The notes beneath the pieces are model-generated. The model saw only the letters and a program-made list of their open reading frames with translations, ran no database searches and had not been told where the DNA came from. The translations under genes and the position numbers were made by a program. A stretch of 64,000 bases of DNA from Limnochordia bacterium (GTDB taxonomy: Bacteria; Bacillota; Limnochordia; DTU080), in the NCBI GenBank assembly GCA_050951545.1, contig JBMNJG010000013.1, positions 32,001 through 96,000 on the forward strand, written 5' to 3'. This document shows, piece after piece, positions 36,901 to 46,582 of this stretch (positions are counted from its first letter, which is position 1; each line of letters opens with the position of its first letter).

Positions 36901-39886
36901 TCAGCTCGATTTGCAGCAACTAGAGATGGATTTTGCCGCCGCCACGGTGCAGTGGTTCGTGCCCCGTTGGCTAGGGCATAGGCGGGTCACGGGTACTTTG
37001 CGCCAGGTGCTCAAGCCAGGACAACGGCTAGCTATCACGGAAGTGGTGGGCGACCTCGCGGTTGCTCAGGAGCTTTCGCAAAAAGAACAATTGCTAGGGG
37101 CCGCCGGAGAACAGGCCCGCGCCCTCTTGGGTCGGCTATGGCGTGACGGCGAGGCCGACTGGGGCGAGCTACAGGCTGCTGCTGACTGGGCCGGGGCGCT
37201 GCGTCCTTTGGCTCAAGCTATTGCGGGTGGCGATGCCCGCGGCATTCAAGATTTACGCCATACTTGGGCCGCTATCTTGGCCGAACAGGCCGAGCTCTTA
37301 GAAGATGAAGGGCTTTACGCAGGGCAGCTGCGTAGCTACCAGGTCGCCTATGCGGCATGGGAAGAGAGCAAAAAGGCATTGACAGAGCTGCTATCGCTTG
37401 ATGAGGAATTGTGCTGCGGCCTCCCCACGGAGCCCGACCTTTTGGGGCGTTGGGGTGCATTGCTCGCCAAATGGGAGAGCCATGACGGGCAGTTGCGGTT
37501 TTGGTGTGCCTGGTTGACCGAGCGGCAGGCTGCCATGGAGCATGATCTAGCCCCTTTGGTGCAGGCATATGAGCAGGGACAGCTGGCACATGACCAGGTG
37601 GAGCGAGCCTTTGAACGCTCGTTTTACGAAGGATGGACAGATGAAATAGTCGGGAAAGAGGCTGCCTTGCGGCTCTTCTCGCGACAAAGCGTCGAAGAGC
37701 GAGTGCACCGCTTTCGCCTCTTAGATGAGCGTTTCGCTACGTTGACGAAGCAGGAGATTCGCGCTCGGGTGTTGTCTGGGGTGCCGCGCGCCAGCGGTAG
37801 CGCCAACCAAAACTCGGAGATGGGGATACTGCGTCACGAGCTACAGAAGCGAACTCGTCATATGGCGCTGCGGGCCTTGTTCCAGAAGATACCCAACCTC
37901 TTGCCGCGACTCAAACCCTGTCTGCTCATGAGCCCTATTTCTGTGGCCCAGTATCTTGACCCAGCTCACCCCGCCTTTGATCTGGTGGTTTTTGACGAAG
38001 CCTCTCAGGTACCGACATGGGATGCGGTGGGGGCCATTGCCCGCGGCTCGCAGTGCATTGTGGTCGGCGACCCCAAACAGTTGCCCCCCACATCGACGTC
38101 GTTTTTTGCCCGTCAAGACGACGATAGCGAAGACGATAGCGTGGCCACGGAGGATCTGGAGAGCATTTTGGATGATTGCCTCGCCCTGCGTATGCCTGAA
38201 ATGACGCTGCGCTGGCACTACCGAAGCCGCCACGAAAGCCTTATCACTTTTAGCAACTACTCTTACTACAAACAGGAGCTGCTGACCTTTCCTTCGCCGC
38301 AAGAGCGATCAGCTGTCCATCTTCAGCGCGTGGATGGAGTCTATGACCGCAGTAGAACGCGTACCAATCGCGTCGAAGCCGAAGCAGTGGTGGCAGAAGT
38401 AGTCAGAAGGCTGCGTGACTCCGCCGACTGTGAACAAAGTATCGGTGTGGTCACTTTTAGCGTGGCCCAGCAAGGATTGGTGGAGGACTTGTTGGATGAA
38501 GCGCGGGTGCGTTACCCGGAGATCGAGCCTTATTTTAACGGCGGCCTGGAGCCCGTCTTTGTAAAAAACTTGGAAAACGTGCAAGGCGATGAACGGGACG
38601 TGATTTTGTTTTCCATCTGTTACGGACCGGATTCGCAAGGGCGGGTAAGTCTCAACTTTGGCCCCCTCAATAGAAATGGCGGTGAGCGGCGGCTCAATGT
38701 GGCGATCACTAGGGCGCGGCAGGAAGTGATCGTCTTTGCTTCTTTGGATCCCGAACAGATTGATTTATCCCGCAGCAATGCTACCGGCGTGCATCACTTG
38801 CGCAGCTTTTTGGAGTATGCCAAAAGAGGCGTGGGGGCCCTGCAAGAGAAGACGGGTTACTCGCTGGCGACGGCGGAATCCCCCTTTGAGCAGGATGTGG
38901 GCGCACAACTCGCCGCTCGGGGCTACCAGGTCGTGTCCCAGGTGGGGTACTCGGGGTATCGGATAGATCTGGCTGTGGTGCATCCGCAGCATGCGGATCG
39001 TTTCTTGTTGGGTATTGAGTGTGACGGGGCCAATTATCATCAAGCTAAGACGGCTCGTGACCGTGACAGCTTGCGGCAGCAAGTGCTGCAAGGGCTCGGA
39101 TGGCGGTTACACCGCATCTGGTCGTCGGACTGGTGGCATGACCGGGATGGTGAACTAGCAAGAGTCGAAGCGGCTATCGCCGCAGCTTTGGAAGCGCCGG
39201 TTACCGAGGTGATGATGCGCCCTCCAACACCGCCGGCAATAGAGGACAAGATCGCGGAGTTGGTCGCGAGCCCACCACTGCAAGCCGGGGCACCCCTGAC
39301 CCTGCCTGGTTTTGACTTGTCTGGGTACCAGGCGAGCCAGGCGTCGTGCGAGGAAGCCGGACGCATTGACCTTTACTCGACGGCCGCGGCGCGCCCGGCC
39401 CGACGCCTTATCTCCAAAGTCATCGACGATGAAGCCCCCATGAGCTTAGCTCTACTGTGTCAAAGAGTGGCTTCGCAGTGGGGAATAGCGCGGATTACGC
39501 CGCGTCTACAGACGCGGGTCAGCCGTCTGATCGGTAAGAGAGCTAAGCGTGTAACCCATGGGGAAGATATATTCCTGTGGGGTCTCGACCAAGATCCCAA
39601 GATATACGATCAGTTTCGGGAGCACGGAGCGGGGGACGCGCATCGGCGCAAACCGGAGGATCTGCCGCCCGAGGAGGTAGCTAATGCCGCTTATCACGTA
39701 TTACAGGCCCAAGTGAGCTTGCCCCCGAGCGATCTGGTGCGGGAAGTGGGGCGGCTGTTTGGGTACCAGCGGGCGGGGCAAAATGTAGAACGTTATGTGC
39801 GAAGGGGCATCGACCTGCTCATAGAAAAGGAGTGGGCCGAAATGCAGGACGACATGGTAGTGGTTGTTATGCGCGAGGGTGGGTAA
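33983..39886 (+). CDS. hhe: DUF4011-SF1 helicase-Vsr/DUF559-DUF3320 protein (Hhe-type anti-phage defence)
   Basis: WKRKLLDLSLRN (DUF4011), GPPGTGKS, FDEASQ, GDPKQL, HYRS, VQGDERD, RLNVAITRA, ESPFE...IECDG..YH. Confidence 0.88.
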   Translation: MGDAGQGSIIVEAKVDPAVNYAVQQNAVAVIKGLRITNTGVDALASLRVVITAEPAFADSWEQALESIAAGETVDLGAIDLVLSHDFLSQHTEAVRGSFCIQVIHDGQQLGCQRVPIDVLAYDQWGGMRVMPELLAAFVMPNHPAVEQLIRQASGILKSWTGSPSFDAYQSKDPGRARMQMAALFAAIKKQAISYCGVPASFEVEGQKIRTPDRILTTRLGNCLDLSTLFAACLEQVNLHPLIIFTQGHAFVGAWLMDESFADSAVDDPLAVRKRVQLGEICLVESTLAVDGSQASFEEAEKTAISHLDDPNQFLFTLDVFRARIGRVRPLPLRRPTTDGVEVVADPQVEEPGKPEEPPTVVVSPQPGIESGGGATAATRLDRWKRKLLDLSLRNPLINFRLTRSIVLALVTDLALLEDLLAEGPGLTLHPRPTDWTASERDPVTHRQRTGEDAERALLDEELRQRRLHCDLDENEMPRRLVGLYRAARTALQENGANTLFLALGMLTWYESPVSEPPRRAPILLLPVELQRRSAQSRFSLRRIDDEPVINVTLLELLRHDFGLDLRGLEQLPMDDSGVDVEAVLNTFRHAVKEIPRWEVTDNVHLGLFSFSKFLMWRDLQERTEEIQRNRLVSSLINFPESEFQPEGSFPLEEQLDTQYPPNAVLSPLSADSSQLAAVIAAGENKSFVLHGPPGTGKSQTITNIIAHAIALGKTVLFVSEKMAALNVVQRRLEQIGLGPFCLELHSNKSQKSEVIRQLGEALAAEGESVHDTWEAEATRLSQARQELNNYVQALHKSRNTGESFFTGLSKLMALRDAERVRLDPQMLMRVTGDDLNRMRDRVKDLVARGRACGHPHAHVWEAVRLNTWTPQLRDDAAEGIARLQKATHDLEACARQVAAFAAPKTREWSGRQLEALKKLAQLFLSKSTQAPSLIATIDWEDTRQALMRWIAHGKERDALRTKLYERYTERLLQLDLQQLEMDFAAATVQWFVPRWLGHRRVTGTLRQVLKPGQRLAITEVVGDLAVAQELSQKEQLLGAAGEQARALLGRLWRDGEADWGELQAAADWAGALRPLAQAIAGGDARGIQDLRHTWAAILAEQAELLEDEGLYAGQLRSYQVAYAAWEESKKALTELLSLDEELCCGLPTEPDLLGRWGALLAKWESHDGQLRFWCAWLTERQAAMEHDLAPLVQAYEQGQLAHDQVERAFERSFYEGWTDEIVGKEAALRLFSRQSVEERVHRFRLLDERFATLTKQEIRARVLSGVPRASGSANQNSEMGILRHELQKRTRHMALRALFQKIPNLLPRLKPCLLMSPISVAQYLDPAHPAFDLVVFDEASQVPTWDAVGAIARGSQCIVVGDPKQLPPTSTSFFARQDDDSEDDSVATEDLESILDDCLALRMPEMTLRWHYRSRHESLITFSNYSYYKQELLTFPSPQERSAVHLQRVDGVYDRSRTRTNRVEAEAVVAEVVRRLRDSADCEQSIGVVTFSVAQQGLVEDLLDEARVRYPEIEPYFNGGLEPVFVKNLENVQGDERDVILFSICYGPDSQGRVSLNFGPLNRNGGERRLNVAITRARQEVIVFASLDPEQIDLSRSNATGVHHLRSFLEYAKRGVGALQEKTGYSLATAESPFEQDVGAQLAARGYQVVSQVGYSGYRIDLAVVHPQHADRFLLGIECDGANYHQAKTARDRDSLRQQVLQGLGWRLHRIWSSDWWHDRDGELARVEAAIAAALEAPVTEVMMRPPTPPAIEDKIAELVASPPLQAGAPLTLPGFDLSGYQASQASCEEAGRIDLYSTAAARPARRLISKVIDDEAPMSLALLCQRVASQWGIARITPRLQTRVSRLIGKRAKRVTHGEDIFLWGLDQDPKIYDQFREHGAGDAHRRKPEDLPPEEVANAAYHVLQAQVSLPPSDLVREVGRLFGYQRAGQNVERYVRRGIDLLIEKEWAEMQDDMVVVVMREGG

Positions 39887-40036
39887 TACCGCTTGTCAAG
39901 CGCTACAGGCTCGGTTGAGCTTGTCTTGGAGCGATCCGGTGAGGGCCGTCAGCAAGAACCGTTGAGACAGGCCGGACCCTTATGTGGGGCCTCAAGGTAA
40001 GCGTTCCGCGTTTCGAAACGGACTAGCATACAGAGA

Positions 40037-40074
40037 AAAGGAGCCGCCTCCTGATGTGCGGGAGCAGCTCCTTT
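40037..40074. terminator. Probable bidirectional intrinsic terminator between convergent genes
   Basis: AAAGGAGC...GCTCCTTT inverted repeat with A/T tails. Confidence 0.6.
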
Positions 40075-40093
40075 GTTTGCCGCGAGTTCGTTG

Positions 40094-43000
40094 CTAGTTC
40101 GCCCCTAATGCAGGTTCTTGATACCCCGAAACGACCAACTGCCCGATCTGTACTTGCTCCTTGGGGTATGTGTCGGTGAGGGTTAATCGGAACCAGTGCC
40201 AATCCCACTTATCACGCAGGGCAAAGCTGACACGGGCTTGCTGCCAACCATACTCCCCTTCACTGATTTCCACCTCATACTCCAGCGGTTGCCAGTCATC
40301 ACCCGATGAAGAGACCGCCAGTTCCAGTGTTCTGCTGAGCTCAACCTGGGGTCTACAAAACAGGGTCGCGGTGCCTTCTATGAGGTGTGGAGTCTCCCAG
40401 ACCAGGTACTCTTCGTCATCCGTGGCTCGTACAAGCCGTTCCACATCCCCGAAGAATTGCTCGCCGTGGTCGGTAGCATACGTCCATCCAGCGGATCTTT
40501 GCGCTGTCTGTAGGAAGTCGATTTCCGCAGCCCACCAGCCTCCGGCTATGTGCGGAGGGGTCATATGTTGGACAAGCGTCCAGCGGTTTCTTACCTGGAA
40601 ATCCCAAAGGTGCTGAAAGGCACCATGCTCTTGGTGATTCCCAGTAAGGGTAAGTGAGTGCTTCCCGTCCGCCAGTTTCATCGTATCTAAAGCTATTGCC
40701 CCTTGGGGCGGCAATTCAGAGTCGGAGTGTAGCACCAAGTGATCATCCAAGGTAAGCTCAAGAGCCGTAATCCCAGCAGCTACCGCAGGATTCACCCATG
40801 CCAAATCAACGGCTGTCTGGCCCTTCACAGTGGTACCCGGAAGCGGTGAACGAACATCGACACGTGTAGGAGGGTGTCCGAAGACGCCCATGACCACGGG
40901 GGAGTATCGGGCTCGCCAACCAATGTTCGCCGTCTCTGTCGCTGCGATTGCGCTCAGGGTGTTGTAATCCCATTCCTCGCGCGGGGGAATATCTGAAGGG
41001 AGAAGCAGCTTGGCCACTTCCTGGCGGGCTGTGCGCACCAACTCCTCGCCAACATCCTCCTCGGTATACCCGCTCGCCAACAAGTAGGCCAGTCCGTGGT
41101 AATTTCCCAGAGCGGTGTCGGTTCCCCACGGTATACCATGGGCCTGTAAGCTGGTGCGTATCGCTTCCAGATAGACCGGGTCATGCGTGGCCTCGTGGAA
41201 GTCTATCAGCGTTGGAATGCCATCGAGGGTCAAGCGGAAATTGCTCTTGTAGAGGGCCGCGAGTCCCTGCAATTGAGCATCAGGGGCGAGGTTGCTCCAT
41301 AGGTGGTGCGGCTCGATTTTCGCCACGTCTACGGCTTCCCAGACTTGGGCGGCTTTGTTGAGAAGCGTTTGTGCCTTCTGCAGATCATCATCACTGTGGG
41401 TTTCCGCATAGCGATGAATCCACGCCGCAGCCGCATAAGCCGAGCTACTCCCCTCATGGTTGCTGGCGTAGGATCTGACTTCTGCAAGGGTATCCTCCAA
41501 CCGCTCGTGGCCCGTAAGCCACTTGGTTAGATAAAGCCCGCTGCTCGGTGAGTACTGCACTTCAATCGAGCCACTCCAATGATCTTTGTTCCTTCTATGC
41601 ATACCTCCCGCGTGCTTGGGCCTCGTGGAGAAAAAAGGACCATGTGAAACATCGATGTTCGCTACATGAAGGGCGTAATCCAGCGCAGCCAGGGCTATGT
41701 CCCGCTCTTCGAGAAGTAGCCCCATCAACCACATGCCGTAATAGCCTTCTCCCGATCCCTTTCGCCAACCATAGCGTCCATTTAAGGCCCAACGCCCTGG
41801 GTAAAGGCCCCGCTCCGGCATTTTGCTGGATTTTGAGAAATTGGTGCGAACATCTCCGAAGTTGGCAAACCCGCTCCAACGCCAGTGATCTCGAGAAGCC
41901 AAGACGAACTGAATATTGGCATTAACCCCAGTGAAATACTCGTGGTTGCTTAGCAGGGCATCCGCCGATAGCGGACCCAGACTCCCAGCCGCGATGATGT
42001 CTTGCGGCGAGGGAAGCCACAATGTGTCCCGTCGAGCCTCGGCCAGGGCCAAGGCTGCTGTGCTTTCGGCGTTGGGCCCCCACACGAAGCTGCTTTCTAA
42101 GGTAGACATGAGTCCTGCTGCTGTAGCGTCGACATCCCTGGCTGCAATCTCAAACTCGTCTAGTGAGGTGGTGGTACGTAAATCCAACGCCTGGCCCGCA
42201 TGGTCGCTCCATGAGGCCAGCACGATGGAATGCTCATCGACGCTTATGCGATTGGGGCCCAGTCTGGTGAAATTGGGTGCCCCTACCGCCAGGTAGCCGT
42301 GGGGGTTGTCATCCATTGCCACGAGTGCTACATTCCACTGCGAATCGGGCCATTCACTGGAAGCGGTGCGTGTACTCCCATGCAACGCGTTGCTATGGCC
42401 AGTCGTCTCCGACTGCAATTCGAAGGTACCAGACGCCAGGTCAAAGAGCGGGGTCACTTCGGGTATACCAGCTGTTGCAAAAGGAGTGGAAAACCGGGCT
42501 ACCCACGCAGCTTGGGCCAATGCATGTTTTTCTGGGTCCCAGTGCAGGGCCCAGGTCATCTGCAAACGGACCACGGGGGTATCCTGGTAGATGCGCACTC
42601 GCAACTGCCATTCTAGTTCCCTTCCGGGATATGTCTCCCCTCCATCGCCTCGGAGCCTATACACTGTGAACAGATCGTTGTCTCTTTCAACAACGCACTC
42701 GCGCACTCTTAGATCCAGGGGGTGCGGGCGAGGTTTTTTGTTGAGAGCTTCCAAAGGCTCTGCCCAGGCGTATTGGCGTTGATCATCTGGTATAGAATCC
42801 GGCAGAATATTCTTGGGCTCAGTAATGTCGATATAGGTGGCCAGGGGCTCAAGCACTGCCACGGTTCGCTCATCGGCATCAATGAGGTGCACCTCACCCT
42901 CACGCACGACCAGTCCTCCAACAGGCGGCGGGGGCCCTAACTTGACCGGTTCACCAGCGGCCATATCACCGAGACAGACGGGAACGCCGTTTCGCTTCGT

Positions 43001-43354
43001 CACATTGAGCGGCAAGGCTGCGGGCCACACACCATCCACGCCAAGCCAACGGACACTACCGTCGGGCCATAACGCGTTTGCCGTCACCGACGCCGGGATG
43101 GGGGCGCCGGAATCATGGTGAAGCTCATGGGCGGAGTGGGGGAGTTGTGAAGGATAGAGCACACCCTGGGCGATGGGCACCGCCTGGTAAAAAGGCATCG
43201 AAAAAGCGTATTCCGCTTGCGCCGTCACCACAGCGGGCGTGGGGCGCAGATATCCTTTCCAAGCCGAAGGCTGTTGAGCCAGTAGAATGCAACTGCTAGT
43301 CGTCACTAGGGCTATAACGAACAGAACTGTCGCCTGGATCGATAGTGGTCTCAT
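40094..43354 (-). CDS. Large secreted protein, YetA/PL26 exo-rhamnogalacturonan-lyase-like, with C-terminal Ig-like domains
   Basis: Signal peptide; WPDGSVRW, WSGFANFGDV, HRRNKDHWSG. Confidence 0.6.
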   Translation of the reverse strand: MRPLSIQATVLFVIALVTTSSCILLAQQPSAWKGYLRPTPAVVTAQAEYAFSMPFYQAVPIAQGVLYPSQLPHSAHELHHDSGAPIPASVTANALWPDGSVRWLGVDGVWPAALPLNVTKRNGVPVCLGDMAAGEPVKLGPPPPVGGLVVREGEVHLIDADERTVAVLEPLATYIDITEPKNILPDSIPDDQRQYAWAEPLEALNKKPRPHPLDLRVRECVVERDNDLFTVYRLRGDGGETYPGRELEWQLRVRIYQDTPVVRLQMTWALHWDPEKHALAQAAWVARFSTPFATAGIPEVTPLFDLASGTFELQSETTGHSNALHGSTRTASSEWPDSQWNVALVAMDDNPHGYLAVGAPNFTRLGPNRISVDEHSIVLASWSDHAGQALDLRTTTSLDEFEIAARDVDATAAGLMSTLESSFVWGPNAESTAALALAEARRDTLWLPSPQDIIAAGSLGPLSADALLSNHEYFTGVNANIQFVLASRDHWRWSGFANFGDVRTNFSKSSKMPERGLYPGRWALNGRYGWRKGSGEGYYGMWLMGLLLEERDIALAALDYALHVANIDVSHGPFFSTRPKHAGGMHRRNKDHWSGSIEVQYSPSSGLYLTKWLTGHERLEDTLAEVRSYASNHEGSSSAYAAAAWIHRYAETHSDDDLQKAQTLLNKAAQVWEAVDVAKIEPHHLWSNLAPDAQLQGLAALYKSNFRLTLDGIPTLIDFHEATHDPVYLEAIRTSLQAHGIPWGTDTALGNYHGLAYLLASGYTEEDVGEELVRTARQEVAKLLLPSDIPPREEWDYNTLSAIAATETANIGWRARYSPVVMGVFGHPPTRVDVRSPLPGTTVKGQTAVDLAWVNPAVAAGITALELTLDDHLVLHSDSELPPQGAIALDTMKLADGKHSLTLTGNHQEHGAFQHLWDFQVRNRWTLVQHMTPPHIAGGWWAAEIDFLQTAQRSAGWTYATDHGEQFFGDVERLVRATDDEEYLVWETPHLIEGTATLFCRPQVELSRTLELAVSSSGDDWQPLEYEVEISEGEYGWQQARVSFALRDKWDWHWFRLTLTDTYPKEQVQIGQLVVSGYQEPALGAN

Positions 43355-43570
43355 TTTGGTGCACCTCTTTATGTGTTATGTACCAAAAGACGATTAGACA
43401 TTCCCCAGTGGATTGAACATACCTCTAAGTATGTGGCTCACCTTCCGCTCTGCTACCGTCTATTGACCCATCCAAAGTCGCAGTTGGCCGCCCCCCTTTG
43501 CTGACTACGGCTTGCATCGGACCAGTGTCTATGAGAAAGGCCTGCAAGAGATGGGGGCTTTGCCTACCTT

Positions 43571-43817
43571 GTGGCCCGTCGCCTCAACGACGGCACGTTA
43601 ACTGCGGCACTGGTGGACAGATTTCCTCACAGATCCATCCTTCTCAACATGAATGGGCCGAGCTATCGCCTCAGGGAGGGTCGCAGAGCCACCGACAAGA
43701 GCAAGACGTCATCCGAAACCTCGTCCCGATCGCCCTCCGGGCGGCCTGCTTTAGGCGAGCAGGAGGAGGTCACCGATGGAAACATTGGTGGCCTCCTTTC
43801 ACATGAGCGTTTCCACA
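43571..43817 (+). mobile_element. istB: IS21-family remnant (IstB C-terminus and probable right end)
   Basis: LTAALVDR...LNMNGPSYRLRE; candidate end GGTGGCCTCCTTTCACATGAGCGTTTCCACA (terminal CA). Confidence 0.65.
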
Positions 43818-44075
43818 GCCCGCCTGACTCCACTCGGCGGCTGGCGACAGACGCACTCATGGGCGCGTCGTCATCAGCGAATACGTGCGCCCCCGGCACT
43901 CGGTATGGCAAACCGTGTCGGTTTCGGTCTATATCTGTCGCCTCAGACGACCAATTGGACGGGCCAGCAGGGTTTTTCGCGGTTTCTCGGTGTAGAAGCG
44001 GCCCTCGTTACGGTTACAGACGGAAGCAAAAATCGAAGCCGACCTCTTTTGCCACCACCCAGCGGGGCCTACCAC

Positions 44076-45248
44076 TCATTCTGTCTGGCGGGCAGCGGCG
44101 ACGTCCCTTACGGCTGCCGTTGGTCTCTCTGCGGGTGTGACAAAAGCCTCGTGCAGTACTGAGCCATCGACAGATTCCGGCACGGGCATGCCCACCATAG
44201 ACAACAGCGTGGGCGCAATATCAGTGATGCACGCCCTATGTATGACGTGTCCCTGTCGCACACCTGGCCCCCAGAAGAGCATCGTGCTTCGGCTCGCAGC
44301 CTGAGTACCATGGATACCTCCTGGTCTGCTGGCTGGGGTGATCTGCCAGCCCTCTCGTGGTGACAGCACAATATCCCCCACGAGCTCAGGATCGGAGCCC
44401 AAGGCCCGAATGTCATCGGCGAGGAGTACGTCAAGGCCCGCCACAGATGACAGAGCCTCCACAACCTGTTTCTCACGTTCCGGGTGACGCATGTGTGGAC
44501 GCCAGTAGAGAAAGGACGCCCCGAACTGCAGAGCGACTAGCTCCGTGTCCACTCCGATCTGTGACGTATCGAAAGCTACTCTCAAGTTCAGTCTGTCAAC
44601 GACAGCGAGGAGTTCTGGCAGAACCGGGGCGCCGTCGTTAGGCACCATACCATGGTCGGAAGCGACGACCACTACGGTGTTGTGAGACAGGTTGTTTCGC
44701 TCTAGAAGGGCCAGCATCTGGCCTATCCGGCCATCAATGTGGGTGACGGCCTCTCTCATTTGCGGGCTAAAGGGGCCATAGCGATGTCCTACACTGTCGA
44801 TATCTGAGTGATAGAGAACAGCTAGATTCGGGGTGTCTGACGCCAGCAGATCGATCAGATTATCCATATCGCCCTGTAGGTACTGGTCTACGCCTCTGTT
44901 TTCCAACATGAAATGACTTACGGAGGCGCTGCTCCACCCGTAGGCTCGCACGACCTCGGCGATGGTTGGACAGCGATTGTCTCGGAGTCTAGTTACGATC
45001 GCATCGGTCTGGCGATCGTATCTAGAGTTGTTAGGAATGCCGGTTCTGGCTGGGAGCGATCCCGTCACAAAACTCGTCTGGTTGGTAGTTGTCGTCGAAG
45101 GGAACACTGATCGAGCTTCAGCAACCCATGTGCCTTCGCGTAGCAGTCTCTGTAGATGAGGAGGCTCGTATATCGTGAGGTAATCGGGACGAAGCGCATC
45201 CAGCATCAGCATGATAATGTGTTCAGGGCATTCAGTTCGCTCAGCCAT
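44076..45248 (-). CDS. Alkaline phosphatase superfamily (nucleotide pyrophosphatase/phosphodiesterase)
   Basis: LDALRPD, FPSTTTTN, DSVGH.YGP, SDHG, GIHG, DIAPT. Confidence 0.9.
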   Translation of the reverse strand: MAERTECPEHIIMLMLDALRPDYLTIYEPPHLQRLLREGTWVAEARSVFPSTTTTNQTSFVTGSLPARTGIPNNSRYDRQTDAIVTRLRDNRCPTIAEVVRAYGWSSASVSHFMLENRGVDQYLQGDMDNLIDLLASDTPNLAVLYHSDIDSVGHRYGPFSPQMREAVTHIDGRIGQMLALLERNNLSHNTVVVVASDHGMVPNDGAPVLPELLAVVDRLNLRVAFDTSQIGVDTELVALQFGASFLYWRPHMRHPEREKQVVEALSSVAGLDVLLADDIRALGSDPELVGDIVLSPREGWQITPASRPGGIHGTQAASRSTMLFWGPGVRQGHVIHRACITDIAPTLLSMVGMPVPESVDGSVLHEAFVTPAERPTAAVRDVAAARQTE

Positions 45249-45491
45249 GTCCTCACATCCCACATGGATGGTTACTTCATAGAGGATCGCTCTCCTTTCG
45301 AGGATGACTCATTGGCATAGTATGGACAAGGCCACAGAGATGGCATAGGGTTACCACCCATCTGCGGCCAATGGATAGTGTTGTCAGTAGCCGCTATGGT
45401 GCCCACTTGCTCGGTTTAGGTCACAATAATCAGGTGAAGAAGGAAACGTAAACCTGATGCGGAAAAAACATGACATAAGCTATCTTGGGAG

Positions 45492-46150
45492 GTGTGTCAT
45501 GCAACGACGGGCGGTAGGACGCATGCTCTTCTTAGATGGAGCGGTGAGCAGATCGTACGCTACGCTTTGGTTGACAACGCTCTGCAGCATCCGACGGCCC
45601 GAGGGGCGGGATGGATTGCTGCCAATGGGGGCAAGGTTTTCGACCTGCCGGATAACCCGACCAAGTTCATGATGGACATGCCGGAGACAATTGAGGCACT
45701 GCAGTATCTGCAGGACCTGATATGGGAGCATCAGACGAGATGGATCTTGCTCGTCGGCCGATGGGCAAAGTAGGGCGTGGGTACTACCTGGCCTCCGACA
45801 TGTTTGGTATCTCGGCTGGCACGAAGACCCCAGAGGCGTCGTGGCATTTCCTACATTACTTGGTATCTAAGGAAGCAGCTGAAGCCTACGCTAAGATCAT
45901 GAGCAGAGGTCCAGTGCGTCGCTCAGCGTTTGCCGCCTACCAGAAGGAGTACGCTGGCCATAGCATCCAGATCTACGCCGAGGGCATGATGGACTCTGTT
46001 ATCAGCCCAGAGACCCAGATGTACAAGGTCACCGAGGCCCGCAACAACCTGATATGGAAGGCTGTACGCGACCAGGTGGTACCGAATAAGAAGACTGCGA
46101 AGCAGGCCATCCTGGAAATCGCTGAGGCGGTGCGGGCGTTGTACAAGTAG
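45492..46150 (+). pseudogene. ABC sugar-binding protein remnant (frameshifted and deleted)
   Basis: ANGGKVF...EALQYLQDL and TKTPEASWHFL lie in different frames; no N-terminus. Confidence 0.75.
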
Positions 46151-46582
46151 GGCTGTGTTGGTGAGCGCTTGACTTAACGTCCGACGACCTCCGGCGCTAC
46201 GCACCATGACTAGCGTTGGGCGCTTCGTCGGCGTGGCAGCATCCATGTTGCTCCTATGGAGGGAAGGATATGAGACATCGCGCTGCTCAAGTGGCCATAG
46301 TGATGGCCTGCAGTCTGCTGCTCATTCACGGTATCGCCTTGGCGGGCAGGGCCACAGTCACCCACTGGTTCTCTGGCCCGTACGCCATGTACGACTTCGT
46401 AATGAATCAGATACCTGCCTTCGAAGCGGCCAACCCCGACCTCAAGATCGACCTGATGTTCGTGAATCCTAGTGAGGTTACCGACAAGTACACCGTCATG
46501 TTTGCTACTGACACCCCGGTGGATGTTATCTGGACCAACAACAACAACAATCTGCCTCTCTACATGTCGCGCAACCTTCTAT

